Source: a virus. From it: 64,000 nt of DNA. The translations under genes were made by a program, and so were the position numbers. A model generated the notes under the pieces. The model had not been told where the DNA came from. It saw nothing but the letters and a program-made list of their open reading frames with translations, and ran no database searches. Within the stretch, counting starts at the first letter, position 1, and each line of letters opens with the position of its first letter. The stretch lies in the IMG/VR virus record IMGVR_UViG_3300032116_000057, positions 32,001 to 96,000 of that record; one strand, written 5' to 3'. Positions 46,500-56,954 of this stretch are shown here, piece by piece.

Positions 46500-47373
46500 A
46501 GTACTCCTTGCTTGGTACTACTTTTCCTAAACTTTCTTTTCCAGCATAATCTTTTGTAGCGTGGCTAGTAGATATGATTCCTCCGGAAGAGGCATTAGTG
46601 CCGGTCATTACTCGATCTACACGTACTCCGGTTTCTAATGAATCGTCAGAAAGATTTGGAGTAAATCTAAAGCAAGTACCAACTTGTCGTTCTTCTTTTG
46701 TTAATCCATCTACGTATCTAAAGTATGGAGCTTTAGCTTTTTTATCCTGATAAATTTTATCTTTAGATACAAAAAATACGGTGGTGTTTTCTGTTCTTAA
46801 AGCAAAACCGGTTTGCTTTGCAAGGCGTCTCATTATTTGCCAATCGGTTTGTCCAGCTTGGACAATAGATTCTCGTAGGCGGGGATGCCGTTGAGTTACG
46901 GCGGTCATGCCCCTTTTCTTAGCAATTTTTGTTATCACCTGATCAGCCGTTACTTTTTTAAATACAACTTGATCACTGTCTTTTAGCACTGCTGATGCAG
47001 ATACGCACCATATCTCAGTAACGTGTGCTTTTACTGTTGACACCGGGTTTATTTGATAGACGTATCCTTGGAATGTAGAGTTTGTTCCTGCGCTATCATA
47101 TTTAAACTCTACTGGATCAGAAGATACAATGCTGATGTTATCGGCTTCAGACTTACCTTTAAAGGTAAGAACTAAGATATCGTGTGCTTCTTGTTCTTGA
47201 TAAAGATCTGCGCTTATAAGTATTAGGTCAAGCTCTGGAGTCTTTGGAAATTTTACAGAGAAATCTGAAAGCCAAGGAGAAGCCGAGGACTCAAATTGAA
47301 AGACCTCTGAAGCCGTGGATAGGTTATCTATTGACATACGGGATCCTAATAACGGTTCCTGGCTCAATATCAA
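46486..47373 (-). CDS. baseplate hub, N-terminal part (gpD/gp27-like)
   Basis: IAKKRG...Q.GQTDWQIMRRLAKQTGF motif. Confidence 0.75.
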   Translation of the reverse strand: MILSQEPLLGSRMSIDNLSTASEVFQFESSASPWLSDFSVKFPKTPELDLILISADLYQEQEAHDILVLTFKGKSEADNISIVSSDPVEFKYDSAGTNSTFQGYVYQINPVSTVKAHVTEIWCVSASAVLKDSDQVVFKKVTADQVITKIAKKRGMTAVTQRHPRLRESIVQAGQTDWQIMRRLAKQTGFALRTENTTVFFVSKDKIYQDKKAKAPYFRYVDGLTKEERQVGTCFRFTPNLSDDSLETGVRVDRVMTGTNASSGGIISTSHATKDYAGKESLGKVVPSKEYFDAI

Positions 47374-47614
47374 ACGGGTCTGTTATTGTCGGGTTTATCT
47401 CCAGTATCTTCCACCACAGCACCGAGTTAAGCAGATGCTTATCGGCTAAGGCTCCTAGGCTATCTCCAAACACCCAGGTGTAATCAAAGAAACTAATGTT
47501 ACCTAGCTCTTCAAACTCTCTGTAAACAGCAATGTCATAGTTGCCTGTAGATTTATTTTCAAGCTGAGCTAAAGGCCCAGTAAAGTATCTAGAACGACGC
47601 GTTATGTTACTCAT
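47324..47614 (-). CDS. LysM/gpX-like baseplate protein
   Basis: GDSLGALA...WWKILEINP...IEPGTVIRIP. Confidence 0.8.
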   Translation of the reverse strand: MSNITRRSRYFTGPLAQLENKSTGNYDIAVYREFEELGNISFFDYTWVFGDSLGALADKHLLNSVLWWKILEINPTITDPFDIEPGTVIRIPYVNR

Positions 47615-49464
47615 TGACTTGGCTGCTCACCTTCTTTTTCAACGTTAGCAGTGCGTACCTTCTTCTTCTTATCAGACCAGGCTTGTTGTACTTTCTCGTC
47701 TGTATCGCTAATAACTGGGTACCTAATAAACTGAAGGTCTACAATAGAAAACATAGGGATCATTTGTTCGCTAAATATAACGTGGTTTACGTTTAAAGAC
47801 GCAAGCGATACCTTGTACCTCATATTAGGGTGGATTTTTAACCATACCGGAGTTCCAGTTATATAACCAAAGTCAGCAGTTTTAGGTTTTGAACCACCCT
47901 CGCTATAGCTTAGTAAAGTTCCAGAGCTTTCTTTTGGATCGCCGTTTACTACTCTATATAAAAACTCTAGATCATACTCGGTGCCTCTATGTAGAATTCC
48001 TTCAACTTCTTGCGCAGTTAACCCTCTAGGATAGTTTTTTGAGTAGGGTTGATTCTTACCCTTTAATGGAGCAAGCTCAGTCATGTCTACTACTCGGTTT
48101 AGGTATAGCTGAACACTCACGCTAAAGCTTCCACCAATATAGTTGGCTGGATCGTGTGTTGCCAATATCCAGTCAATAGAGGTATCCATTTGAGTACCAT
48201 AAGAGACGTAGGTAGGGTTGTATATAAACCTAAATCCCCAAGGTTTTTTTGTATCCGCATTTAATGCTTTAGCTGTTTGCGTATCTTGAAAGAGCATTCC
48301 TAAGACACCTTTTTCTGAAGTCTCTTCATATAAAAGATCCTTTTTACCTGGAACAACAAAACTTGCTCTACGAGTTGTTTTAGTATCTTTTAGGTATTGA
48401 TCTTTTATTTTTGCCCAGTGGGACGGACTTCTAGTGTAAAAATGGTTGGGGGGATTAGTCCTAGAGTAGTCTTTAAAATCTTCTGGTCTTCCCCTATCAA
48501 AATCAGGTTCTTCTGAAGGTCCACCATCTTCAGCTTCTTTACAGGTGTTGTTCCTAATTTCAGTTAATCTTGTTCTTGCCACTCTTCCGTGGTCTACCCC
48601 GTCGGGTCCAGGCACTCCCACCCTACTGTCATAGCCAATATAAATAGTTTGCACATTTTGTTTTAATACTGCGGGGCTCATATTGTCAGCATCTAGGGGG
48701 TAATATCGTAAAGACCAATTTACAGCGTTTGGTTTGATATCCAATTCTTTAATTACAGCAGCCCATCGATTGGGGGTAGAGCACCTATCTAATGCAATTA
48801 GTTCTTCCTGGTACGCCTCTTGTTTTACAATTTTTGGTATAGATGTGGTTTTGGATATAGCGTTAGTAAAACTTATGCCAGTAACATATGTACTACTGTG
48901 GGGAAGAACTTCTCTATCTTCGTTTGAATTGTTTTCATTTCCATTTTTCTTTAGTTTTACATAAATATCTGGTTGAAGAAACACATTTGATTTTTTCGCT
49001 CTTACGGTAAATACAAAAAGTCTTTTTGTTGTTTCTGCGTCTGTAGTTACACCACTGCTGCTTACGCTGTAGCCTGGGTCAGTGTAGTAAGGGAAATCAC
49101 CAACAGTTTTTCTTTTAAATAATTTTTCGTGCTTTCTCCACTCAACTTCGCTAATTTCAAAGTTTGCTGCTTGGGCATTCCTATAAGAGTCTAAAACATA
49201 TACCTCTAGATCATCGTCTCTGGTTAAAGGGGTTGCAGGACTTGTGGGATTAAGTTGAAAAGCGTTTTGTTTCCAAACCCTCACTACATAGTAAATAGTA
49301 TTGCCTTTGTACACGCTTTTATTATCTGTGTTGACTGGGACTGCAACGGCAGTTTGACCCCCAGCCTCATAGCAATCTACGGTCCAAAAGTATGCTGGAT
49401 ACCCAGCTTGATATACAGAGTTTGCATCCTGTACGGAAGAAAGGTTCTTATATGTCCAAGCCAT
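47611..49464 (-). CDS. tail tube initiator-like protein with long N-terminal extension
   Basis: GFRFIYNP and C-terminal tube-initiator-like region; lies between TMP and LysM genes. Confidence 0.55.
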   Translation of the reverse strand: MAWTYKNLSSVQDANSVYQAGYPAYFWTVDCYEAGGQTAVAVPVNTDNKSVYKGNTIYYVVRVWKQNAFQLNPTSPATPLTRDDDLEVYVLDSYRNAQAANFEISEVEWRKHEKLFKRKTVGDFPYYTDPGYSVSSSGVTTDAETTKRLFVFTVRAKKSNVFLQPDIYVKLKKNGNENNSNEDREVLPHSSTYVTGISFTNAISKTTSIPKIVKQEAYQEELIALDRCSTPNRWAAVIKELDIKPNAVNWSLRYYPLDADNMSPAVLKQNVQTIYIGYDSRVGVPGPDGVDHGRVARTRLTEIRNNTCKEAEDGGPSEEPDFDRGRPEDFKDYSRTNPPNHFYTRSPSHWAKIKDQYLKDTKTTRRASFVVPGKKDLLYEETSEKGVLGMLFQDTQTAKALNADTKKPWGFRFIYNPTYVSYGTQMDTSIDWILATHDPANYIGGSFSVSVQLYLNRVVDMTELAPLKGKNQPYSKNYPRGLTAQEVEGILHRGTEYDLEFLYRVVNGDPKESSGTLLSYSEGGSKPKTADFGYITGTPVWLKIHPNMRYKVSLASLNVNHVIFSEQMIPMFSIVDLQFIRYPVISDTDEKVQQAWSDKKKKVRTANVEKEGEQPSQ

Positions 49465-52400
49465 TAGTTAACTCCCAGTCCATTCACCTTAAACTCATCA
49501 TTGATAGCCTTCTTTAAGCTAGAAGCAACTCTGGTAATCTCTGCACTACCTAACTTATCTACCTTAAGCTGTAAGTCTACCTTTACGTTTATTGTTTGAT
49601 TACTAGTCACTGATCCAGATATAGATCCAGATCTTCTGTATCCCGCTGCACCTGTAGTTTCCATAGCCATGCCAGCAGTTGCAGGGTTGTCTCCACCTAT
49701 ACCTGCTTGTTCTCTAGCCATAACTGCATCATCTAAGAACTTGGTATAGTCACCTGTATTGTGGGATACCCACCTAATCCAGTTTCTTCCTTTGTTCGTC
49801 ATGTGATATGCAACTTTGGCATTAGTTGTGGGATTTAAAAGATCACCAAGCCCTTTTAATTTAAACTTGGTACCGTGATAGTTCCACTCTTTCTTTATTC
49901 TATCGTCATAGTTTTTGCCATCCATATTGATCTGGAATAGGCCATAATCCTTACTACGCTTATTGATAGTTCCAGAATTACCACCAGATTCTGCCAATGC
50001 AACAGCAAACGCAGTATCTAAAGCTTTTCCTCTAAAACCAATATTGTGTAAGAACTGAATTAGTCCTTTTCTACTTCCCCCAACCATGGACCCACTGTCA
50101 CCAGACACTTTATCTATGGTGTTGTTTAAGAAATGTTTCCCACCAGATTTTCCAAATCTTATGCCTTGTTCAATATCATCTGCTGGAAACTCTCTTTGGA
50201 AATCAGCAAAGTTTACTGGGGCTCCAGACATCATAGAGCTGCTTAAAGACTCACTTAATGGCACGCTGCTTAGGTTAGACAGCGTTCCTTCAAAACGCAG
50301 CCCCTCTCCAGAGTTACGAATAGTTTTGCTTTTAATGTCTTCTTTTTCTTTACCTATTCCTAGAAATCCCTTTACAGCACCAAAGATGTTGCTTACAGCG
50401 CTCTTAACACTACTTACTAATTTACCAAAGAAACTCTTAGGGTTTACTCGCCCTTGTGCTCCAACTCCGCCAGGATCTCTAAGCTCAAAGTGAAGGTGAG
50501 GACCTGTAGAAGTACCTGCTCCAGGGGCACCCCTCTTACCACCAGACTTTGCGATTACATCGCCTTTGTTTACTTGCTGCCCAACCTTTACTAAAATTTG
50601 GCTTAAGTGTCCGTAAAGAGTGCTCTTTTTTCCGTGATTTAGAATTATGTAGTATCCGTATTGCCTATGTGTTCCGGCATGTGTAACCGTACCGTTAGCT
50701 GCTGCAACAATTGGAGTACCTACTTGTACACCGTAGTCAATACCCCTGTGGTATGCAGAAATTTGTGGGTTCTTTGAGTTATCTCGAGGACCGTAATGAG
50801 AAGTAACTCTAGTACCTGCCGGGACAGGCATACCAAATATTTGACCTTTAGTGTCTTGATTGCCCGGACCCTTACCTGTTGTAAATCCTTTTTGTGGAGC
50901 AGACATAGATCCGGCAGGCATATTCTGCATACTTGTGCTGTTGTCTCCACCAACACCACACTTATGTGGCCCAACATTTCCGTGAGTGCAGTCGCCACCT
51001 TGTCCGTAAGGATTTGCTATTGATCCCACTCCACCAGCCACAGTTCCTGCAACTGCTCCAGGTATACCGCCAGCAGCTAAACCAGTTAACGCACCCTGGC
51101 CTAAATCAAACATAAAGTTACCGCCAGCACGAAGCCAGCCAGGACCCACCTGCATCCTCTTTTGTAAAAACTCCATGCCTTGATATACGCCAAGTGCAAG
51201 TCCAGCTCTTCCTAATCCTTTTACAAAAGGACTTTTAAATCCGCCCTTAAATAAACCTTTTGCTTTTGCTAAGTATCCTGCTGCACCGGTAGCTCCTGCT
51301 GCTGCAGCTGCACCACCAGCAGTAACGCCTCCCGTAGCTGCTGCAGCACCGGCAGTTCCCGCTGCATAAAGTCCACGCATCTTAGAAAGCATGTACATAT
51401 TCATTCCTACACTTGCTGCAGTACCGGCTACACCAGTTAGAGTAGCTCCGGTATTTCCTGCTGCAGGTAATGTTTGGAGTACGCCACGTAGTGTTCCCAA
51501 TGCATTTGCAACGCCTGCAGCCTCTTCTGCTAGCTTGCTAAAACCATCGTTAACCGCAGCTGTTGTTCTCATAGCTACGTTGTATCCGCCTACTAAACCT
51601 TTTTCTGTAGCCTGTAGCTTACGAGCTTCGCTAGTGTTGTAGCGGAAGTTAGTTCGCATAGGGCTTTCTTGACCAACACCCAAAAGATCTAGTGCTCGGT
51701 TTGACCCTTTAAGGTCTTCTTTTTTTAGAGGGCTGTCTTTCTTTGCACGAGCAATGATTCCCATTTGGATAATTCCAGCAAGGTTTTGATCTCCACCAGC
51801 AATAGCTTGAATAGTTGCATAGCCTTTAGATCCTGGATTAAGAACTAAAGCGGCTTGTTCTGGAGTTACTTTTCGCCCACCGTATAAAAATCTATACGTG
51901 TCGTTAATAATTGCATTAGGTGGTCGTAAGTTTCCTTTAGTATCACGAGCTTGAACACCTATGCGAAGGAACCGCATAGCATTTATGCCGGCTAATCCTT
52001 GCGCCATCTGTTCGTTGGTGCCGCCAGTTAATGCACTTAAGCCACCAACTTGTGGCATAACATTTCTAAAGGTGCCGCTATTAGCTGTATAGCCACCACT
52101 GTACATAAGGGACATGGCCGCCATGGTTGGACCCATAGCGCTAGTTGCTCCGCCACCTACCGCATTGTTAGATCTTAATATTACTTGACGAGAATTAAGA
52201 CCACTAATACCTGCTACAGCATCTGCACCTAAACGTTGTGTAACAGCAGCGCTTGTGTTTGGCATCATGCCCATACCAATAGCGCCTACAGCTGCAGTTC
52301 CTAGCCCTACCCTACCTGCAATAGTTGCTGCCCGTGAAGCTCCAAACGTGGGCATAGCACCCAAAGAGCTAGACATTCCCGAGGATGATTTACCGCCATT

Positions 52401-52583
52401 GGCGGCTTCCATATTTTTCTTTATCTTCTCGGTAACTTTTTCAACTTCTTTAAAGACCTTAAGCATTTGCTTTTGGCCTTTGTCCATCTTTGTAAATAGT
52501 TTATCGACACCAGAAGTCATCCCGCCAACGATATTATCGTCGCCAGCAGGCATCAAGTTTTCATAACTTGCCAATGCTTCCAC
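49464..52583 (-). CDS. tape measure protein with M23 peptidase and lytic transglycosylase domains
   Basis: Gly/Ala-rich helical N-half; HRGID...HL...GPHLHFE (M23); AVALAESGG...GLFQIN (SLT). Confidence 0.9.
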   Translation of the reverse strand: MEALASYENLMPAGDDNIVGGMTSGVDKLFTKMDKGQKQMLKVFKEVEKVTEKIKKNMEAANGGKSSSGMSSSLGAMPTFGASRAATIAGRVGLGTAAVGAIGMGMMPNTSAAVTQRLGADAVAGISGLNSRQVILRSNNAVGGGATSAMGPTMAAMSLMYSGGYTANSGTFRNVMPQVGGLSALTGGTNEQMAQGLAGINAMRFLRIGVQARDTKGNLRPPNAIINDTYRFLYGGRKVTPEQAALVLNPGSKGYATIQAIAGGDQNLAGIIQMGIIARAKKDSPLKKEDLKGSNRALDLLGVGQESPMRTNFRYNTSEARKLQATEKGLVGGYNVAMRTTAAVNDGFSKLAEEAAGVANALGTLRGVLQTLPAAGNTGATLTGVAGTAASVGMNMYMLSKMRGLYAAGTAGAAAATGGVTAGGAAAAAGATGAAGYLAKAKGLFKGGFKSPFVKGLGRAGLALGVYQGMEFLQKRMQVGPGWLRAGGNFMFDLGQGALTGLAAGGIPGAVAGTVAGGVGSIANPYGQGGDCTHGNVGPHKCGVGGDNSTSMQNMPAGSMSAPQKGFTTGKGPGNQDTKGQIFGMPVPAGTRVTSHYGPRDNSKNPQISAYHRGIDYGVQVGTPIVAAANGTVTHAGTHRQYGYYIILNHGKKSTLYGHLSQILVKVGQQVNKGDVIAKSGGKRGAPGAGTSTGPHLHFELRDPGGVGAQGRVNPKSFFGKLVSSVKSAVSNIFGAVKGFLGIGKEKEDIKSKTIRNSGEGLRFEGTLSNLSSVPLSESLSSSMMSGAPVNFADFQREFPADDIEQGIRFGKSGGKHFLNNTIDKVSGDSGSMVGGSRKGLIQFLHNIGFRGKALDTAFAVALAESGGNSGTINKRSKDYGLFQINMDGKNYDDRIKKEWNYHGTKFKLKGLGDLLNPTTNAKVAYHMTNKGRNWIRWVSHNTGDYTKFLDDAVMAREQAGIGGDNPATAGMAMETTGAAGYRRSGSISGSVTSNQTINVKVDLQLKVDKLGSAEITRVASSLKKAINDEFKVNGLGVN

Positions 52584-52731
52584 CCCTAGGTCTACTAATT
52601 GCTCTGTCCAACCAGATCATACGTTCTCGCAAGCTAAGCCCTTTTAACTCTGTCAAAGACCACCCAGGATAAAACTGTGCTAGGTAATCTAATGAAATAA
52701 TTAAATTTTCGTAGCTAAGCTCTTTACTGAA
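52561..52731 (-). CDS. tail assembly chaperone 'T' extension, probably reached by frameshift
   Basis: Open frame FSKELSYENL...YPGWSLTELKGLSLRERMIWLD with no upstream ATG; begins at the end of the chaperone gene. Confidence 0.7.
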   Translation of the reverse strand, partial: FSKELSYENLIISLDYLAQFYPGWSLTELKGLSLRERMIWLDRAISRPRGGSIGKL

Positions 52732-53542
52732 ACAAGTCCGCTAAAGTTAGCGGAAGCGATACCTCCTGACCGCAAGTTGGACATTCTTTCTTGATTTGTT
52801 GAAGTTGTGGGCCGGGGTTGCGTTCTGATATAGCGTTTAGGATTGCTCTACGATCTGAGACGCTCATCTTAAGGACAGTACTTGAATCTAAGATGGGATT
52901 GCCGTTGATCTCTAGAACACAGCTCTTTAATACTATGGAGTCCAATTCTGGAGCTGTTTTATTTGTTGCTGTTACTAGTTGCTTTTGTACTACACCGTTT
53001 GGAAGCTTTACTTTAACGTCCCCAATTTTACATTTTACTGTAAATACTGGATCGTTTTCTAACTTCTTCATCGGCACATCTTTATCTAAATCAATTGTAA
53101 TGCTTTTTGTATCTTCACACTTAGAACAGATTTGGCCTTCTATAGCTACTTCTGATCCAAAAGTAAGTTTTCTAATCTCTAACAACAGAAGTTCTCTGTC
53201 TCCAGCCAACATAGTATCTAAAAGATCCCTGTCTACTGGCGAATCATTTAGCTTAACAACAGCACGTTCTAGTATTGTCATTAAACCTTTTGATATATCT
53301 GAGATTCTTGCGATAGCTTCCTCGTCCGCTCCTGTAAGTTCTCTTACCTCAGCTGTTGAAATAAATTCACCAAACGGAACTTGTAACCCCGCTAACAAAG
53401 TTACTTGTGGATCAGAAGGCGGTTTGATTGGAGATTCCTCTCGAACCGCCTCCTGAGGCACAGACTTAAGTGCTTTTTCGGTTAGTTGATTTACCAAAGC
53501 GGGATTATCTACCGCGCTTATGGTTGTCGTATCAGTAGTCAT
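52724..53542 (-). CDS. tail assembly chaperone / baseplate hub assembly protein
   Basis: VRELTGADEE, GDRELLLLEIR, two CxxC; between tube and TMP. Confidence 0.8.
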   Translation of the reverse strand: MTTDTTTISAVDNPALVNQLTEKALKSVPQEAVREESPIKPPSDPQVTLLAGLQVPFGEFISTAEVRELTGADEEAIARISDISKGLMTILERAVVKLNDSPVDRDLLDTMLAGDRELLLLEIRKLTFGSEVAIEGQICSKCEDTKSITIDLDKDVPMKKLENDPVFTVKCKIGDVKVKLPNGVVQKQLVTATNKTAPELDSIVLKSCVLEINGNPILDSSTVLKMSVSDRRAILNAISERNPGPQLQQIKKECPTCGQEVSLPLTLADLFQ

Positions 53543-53561
53543 TTAGTTTTCCTTATCTAAT

Positions 53562-54188
53562 TTAGAGACTTAGTTTTGCTGCTGATCCTGCTGTAGTCAA
53601 TCCAGTAGCAAATGAAACATCAAAACCTTCATGGACTAGAGTCATTTCTTCTACCATGAGGGTATTGCCACCCGCATCAAGATTGCTGTATCCAATGTTG
53701 GTAATCCAAGCATTGTACACCTTAAATCTCATAGAGGTGTGAAGGTCAGTGTCATACTGACTTCCATTTGATGTGTCATCGCTTCCGGTTAGTGCTTTTG
53801 GATTTGGATGACTTAGTACTTGAATATCTATGTCGCAGCGGAACTCAGCTCCTACCCCACTCTGAGCAGTTCCCGTGGAGATAGCGAATAGTCGCTTCAT
53901 CCATAGGGCATGCTCCTTCTGTCCAAAGGTGATGCCTTTAGAAAGAGTAATTGGAGTAAATGAGCTTTGACCTGGTAACTGATGGAAGTTGGTATTGAAT
54001 CCACCTTCGCGGTAAGCGATGCTTTCAGTAGAGACAGTTAATCCGGAAACAGAAACAAAACCCATCTTTCCGAACTTATCTCCCCAACCAGTGTCTACCG
54101 TACCTACTGGATCAAAAGATACCAAGAATCGAAAATTGCGAAATTGATCTGTAGCAATTTGACTCAGTGTATTTTGTGGATTTGACAT
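53562..54188 (-). CDS. tail tube protein (T4 gp19-like)
   Basis: FRFLV, GFVSVSGL, YREGG, ITLSKG, NAW and EEMTLVHEG motifs. Confidence 0.9.
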   Translation of the reverse strand: MSNPQNTLSQIATDQFRNFRFLVSFDPVGTVDTGWGDKFGKMGFVSVSGLTVSTESIAYREGGFNTNFHQLPGQSSFTPITLSKGITFGQKEHALWMKRLFAISTGTAQSGVGAEFRCDIDIQVLSHPNPKALTGSDDTSNGSQYDTDLHTSMRFKVYNAWITNIGYSNLDAGGNTLMVEEMTLVHEGFDVSFATGLTTAGSAAKLSL

Positions 54189-54198
54189 GAGTTATCTC

Positions 54199-55731
54199 CT
54201 ATGCATTTCCGGTTAGTTGGCTTAGCTTAATAACGATAAACTCAGCTGGATATTGCAACGCAACTCCAATTTCGATATTAACTATTCCATTTTGGATATC
54301 AGTAAAGGAGGTTGTTGAAGAGTCTACACGCACAAAGAATGCCTGTGCCGCAGTAGCTCCTCGTAAACCACCTGATTGCCAGAAGTTAAGAAGGAAACCA
54401 CTCAGCGTAGTATTGAGACGTCTCCAAAGATTTGGATCGTTATTCTCAAACAAAGCAAACTGGCTTCTGTTCTCTAGTTCTTTCTTGATATAAATCAAAG
54501 AACGCTTTACGTTGATGTAGCGTTCATTTGAAGTATTGCGAAGTGTACGTCCACCCATTGACACAATTCCTGCACCAGGAACCTGGCGGATTGCGTTGAT
54601 AGGTTTAGTGCTATTGTTTAACGCATCGAGTTCTGCGTTAGTTAGCAAACGCTCTGTAGCAACTACGTTTGCTAAAGAATTGGTTAGGCCTGCTGGAGTC
54701 TTAAAGACACCACGAGAAGCATCAGTAGCAAGGTACTGACCAACCATAGCTGCACCAGGAGCCTGTAGGCGGGTTGCGCCACCAGCAGCACGGAGGCTAT
54801 CTGGAATTAAGGTCCATGGCCAGTAAGCGGCTGCAACTCCACCATCTGAATCTGGTGCTGCAGCAATTAGATCAGTCACATAAGTAGCGGCCTGTGCTCT
54901 TGTTTGAGCCTGTGGAATATCAACTACTGCAAAAGCGTCTCCGCGTAGTTCGCAGTAATTAACAAGATCTCCCTGTACGTTAAGGGAGAGGGTACGATCA
55001 TCGTTACTTCCTGTTGGCAAGTAAATGTACGCTGCGTTAGGAATGTTAAAGACGAGTGGGTTTTGAATGGCATCAAAAGTTGCCAATCCATCTGAGTAAT
55101 TAACTCTTGTTGGGGCAGATCCATTTGCACCTCCACTGAGGGCTTTTAAGCCATCAGCTTCTGGCATATTATCTGGAGCAACAGATGCTGAGTTTAGATC
55201 ATTAACCCGTACATATACAGAGCCAGAATTAACTACTGACTCTACAAATCTTGGATCATTATCTACCAAACTTAGATCGGTAAACTGTTCTACAACAACG
55301 CCGCTTACAGATACAACAAGATTAAATCTATCATCTACTCCTGCGTCTGTTACTTCAACGGCAATGTTATTACCCCATGCACCTGCGTTTTCAGCTTCTA
55401 CAGCGAGTGTGTTAAGACCCCCTGAAGCCCGGTCTGTTAAGATTACGCTAGCCTTTGCTGCACCGGTGCCAGTAATACGCTTTACGTAGAGCTGACGACC
55501 ACCATTAGCAAAGAAGTTATATGCTGCCCAAGTTACTGGGTAAGTGTCATTTAAAGCACCAAAAATTTTGGTGAATGATGTCCAGGAGTTAAGCAATACT
55601 GGAGCTGTTGCAGGTCCCTTTTCTAGGGGACCAACAAATGCACCAGCCGCTGTTCCTACATCTCCAAGAGCTACCGATTCTGGAAGCGGTACCTCGTTGA
55701 TAAAGACACCTGGTCTACTGTATGTAGCCAT
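54199..55731 (-). CDS. contractile tail sheath protein
   Basis: RPGVFINE, FFANGG, YWPW, GVFKTPAG, YINVKR, FENND and PAEFI motifs. Confidence 0.95.
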   Translation of the reverse strand: MATYSRPGVFINEVPLPESVALGDVGTAAGAFVGPLEKGPATAPVLLNSWTSFTKIFGALNDTYPVTWAAYNFFANGGRQLYVKRITGTGAAKASVILTDRASGGLNTLAVEAENAGAWGNNIAVEVTDAGVDDRFNLVVSVSGVVVEQFTDLSLVDNDPRFVESVVNSGSVYVRVNDLNSASVAPDNMPEADGLKALSGGANGSAPTRVNYSDGLATFDAIQNPLVFNIPNAAYIYLPTGSNDDRTLSLNVQGDLVNYCELRGDAFAVVDIPQAQTRAQAATYVTDLIAAAPDSDGGVAAAYWPWTLIPDSLRAAGGATRLQAPGAAMVGQYLATDASRGVFKTPAGLTNSLANVVATERLLTNAELDALNNSTKPINAIRQVPGAGIVSMGGRTLRNTSNERYINVKRSLIYIKKELENRSQFALFENNDPNLWRRLNTTLSGFLLNFWQSGGLRGATAAQAFFVRVDSSTTSFTDIQNGIVNIEIGVALQYPAEFIVIKLSQLTGNA

Positions 55732-55778
55732 ATGTATTTCTCCTTGAGTTTAGGTTTATATTGTCTCGAGTTTCCATG

Positions 55779-56393
55779 TTATAGCGTTATTGTTTCGAAT
55801 GGAGTGGCCGTGTATTGGATATCGATATTTGGATTTTGAGTGACCTTATAGACATCTGCAAACTCTTTCTGGAAGAGCTCAGAGCTAATTCGGACAGTGT
55901 AAACATTTCTAAACAAGCGCTTGTCTTGTTCAGTCGTGTCTCTTTTGGCAAACCCGATAAGATCCAGACGACGAATGCTTCGATCTTCTGGGATTACTAG
56001 GCCGCCAAATCTAAATGGGATACGAGTTGGTTTAGTTAACTCGTATATAATCTGCCGGTCATGTCTTGGTTGACGAGCATATGTAGTAATTTGATAATCT
56101 AGATATACGGGAATAGGAAGACTTGACCTATATTCTTGCCCGTCCACAGTTCCTTCAGGACTATATTTATGTTCTCCGGGAGTGAAGTACCACTCGCCAC
56201 GCATTTCTCTTTCAGAGTCAATAGTTACATTTATTAAATCTATAGTGATATACGGATAGGATTGAAATCTAATTTCTGGATCAGGCTGCCCAAACCATAC
56301 GCCTACTGGACGTGCTGAGTTACCTGAGTCAGATACCGTGATTCCAGACAGGGCTGCCTTTAGCGCCTGGTCCTCATTTAAAATAAATGGCAT
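55779..56393 (-). CDS. tail terminator / sheath stabiliser-like protein
   Basis: YPYITIDL, P.PVYLDYQIT motifs; upstream of the sheath gene. Confidence 0.6.
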   Translation of the reverse strand: MPFILNEDQALKAALSGITVSDSGNSARPVGVWFGQPDPEIRFQSYPYITIDLINVTIDSEREMRGEWYFTPGEHKYSPEGTVDGQEYRSSLPIPVYLDYQITTYARQPRHDRQIIYELTKPTRIPFRFGGLVIPEDRSIRRLDLIGFAKRDTTEQDKRLFRNVYTVRISSELFQKEFADVYKVTQNPNIDIQYTATPFETITL

Positions 56394-56716
56394 TAGAACA
56401 GCCCACCCTTCTTTAATACTCTATCAAAGTATGCAGTCATCTCTGTATCTTTTACTCCAGTCAAAAAATTACGAACTACTGGATTAGGTTGAGAATGCTC
56501 AGTACCGTATTCAGCATCCTCTACAGTTTGGGCATGCTTTGCTGGATAGGTAACTTTGTAGCTTAGATCAGAAGGGACAACCGTTAGATGTCTAGAAGCG
56601 CCAGATGGCCAACCAGATTGGTAGGCTTTACGGCGTAGCTGTGCAGTAAGTTTCTTAGCTGCTTTCTGCTGACCCTGTTGAATATGCTTCGAGATGAAGT
56701 TACTTACGCTTGTCAC
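56393..56716 (-). CDS. putative neck/tail completion protein
   Basis: EYGT...P.VRNF motif (HK97 gp10-like); context. Confidence 0.5.
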   Translation of the reverse strand: MTSVSNFISKHIQQGQQKAAKKLTAQLRRKAYQSGWPSGASRHLTVVPSDLSYKVTYPAKHAQTVEDAEYGTEHSQPNPVVRNFLTGVKDTEMTAYFDRVLKKGGLF

Positions 56717-56873
56717 TTTTACCGAGTTTCGAGGAGAGTAGGTATCCTGCTACGAATCCCACCACTGCGGCCTTCTTCCCCTTTTCAGGAGTAGCGCCAA
56801 CTAATCCTCGGACAAACTCTTGTTTATCAGCGTCTGTCTCGGCTTGCATCAATTTTCGTGCAAGATTAATCAT
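56700..56873 (-). CDS. small hypothetical protein (MINLARK...)
   Basis: Start moved to the ATG after the GGAGG RBS, downstream of the terminator. Confidence 0.55.
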   Translation of the reverse strand: MINLARKLMQAETDADKQEFVRGLVGATPEKGKKAAVVGFVAGYLLSSKLGKSDKRK

Positions 56874-56954
56874 CTCAAATCCTCCATCATGAGGCGTGCA
56901 GGGTATAGCAGGGTTCCGGGTTTCCCCGGCGTCATAGATAAGGATAAACAAGAA

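Noticed and set aside
52818-53456. 212-aa + strand ORF
   Set aside because: Fully antisense to the tail chaperone; no RBS or motif
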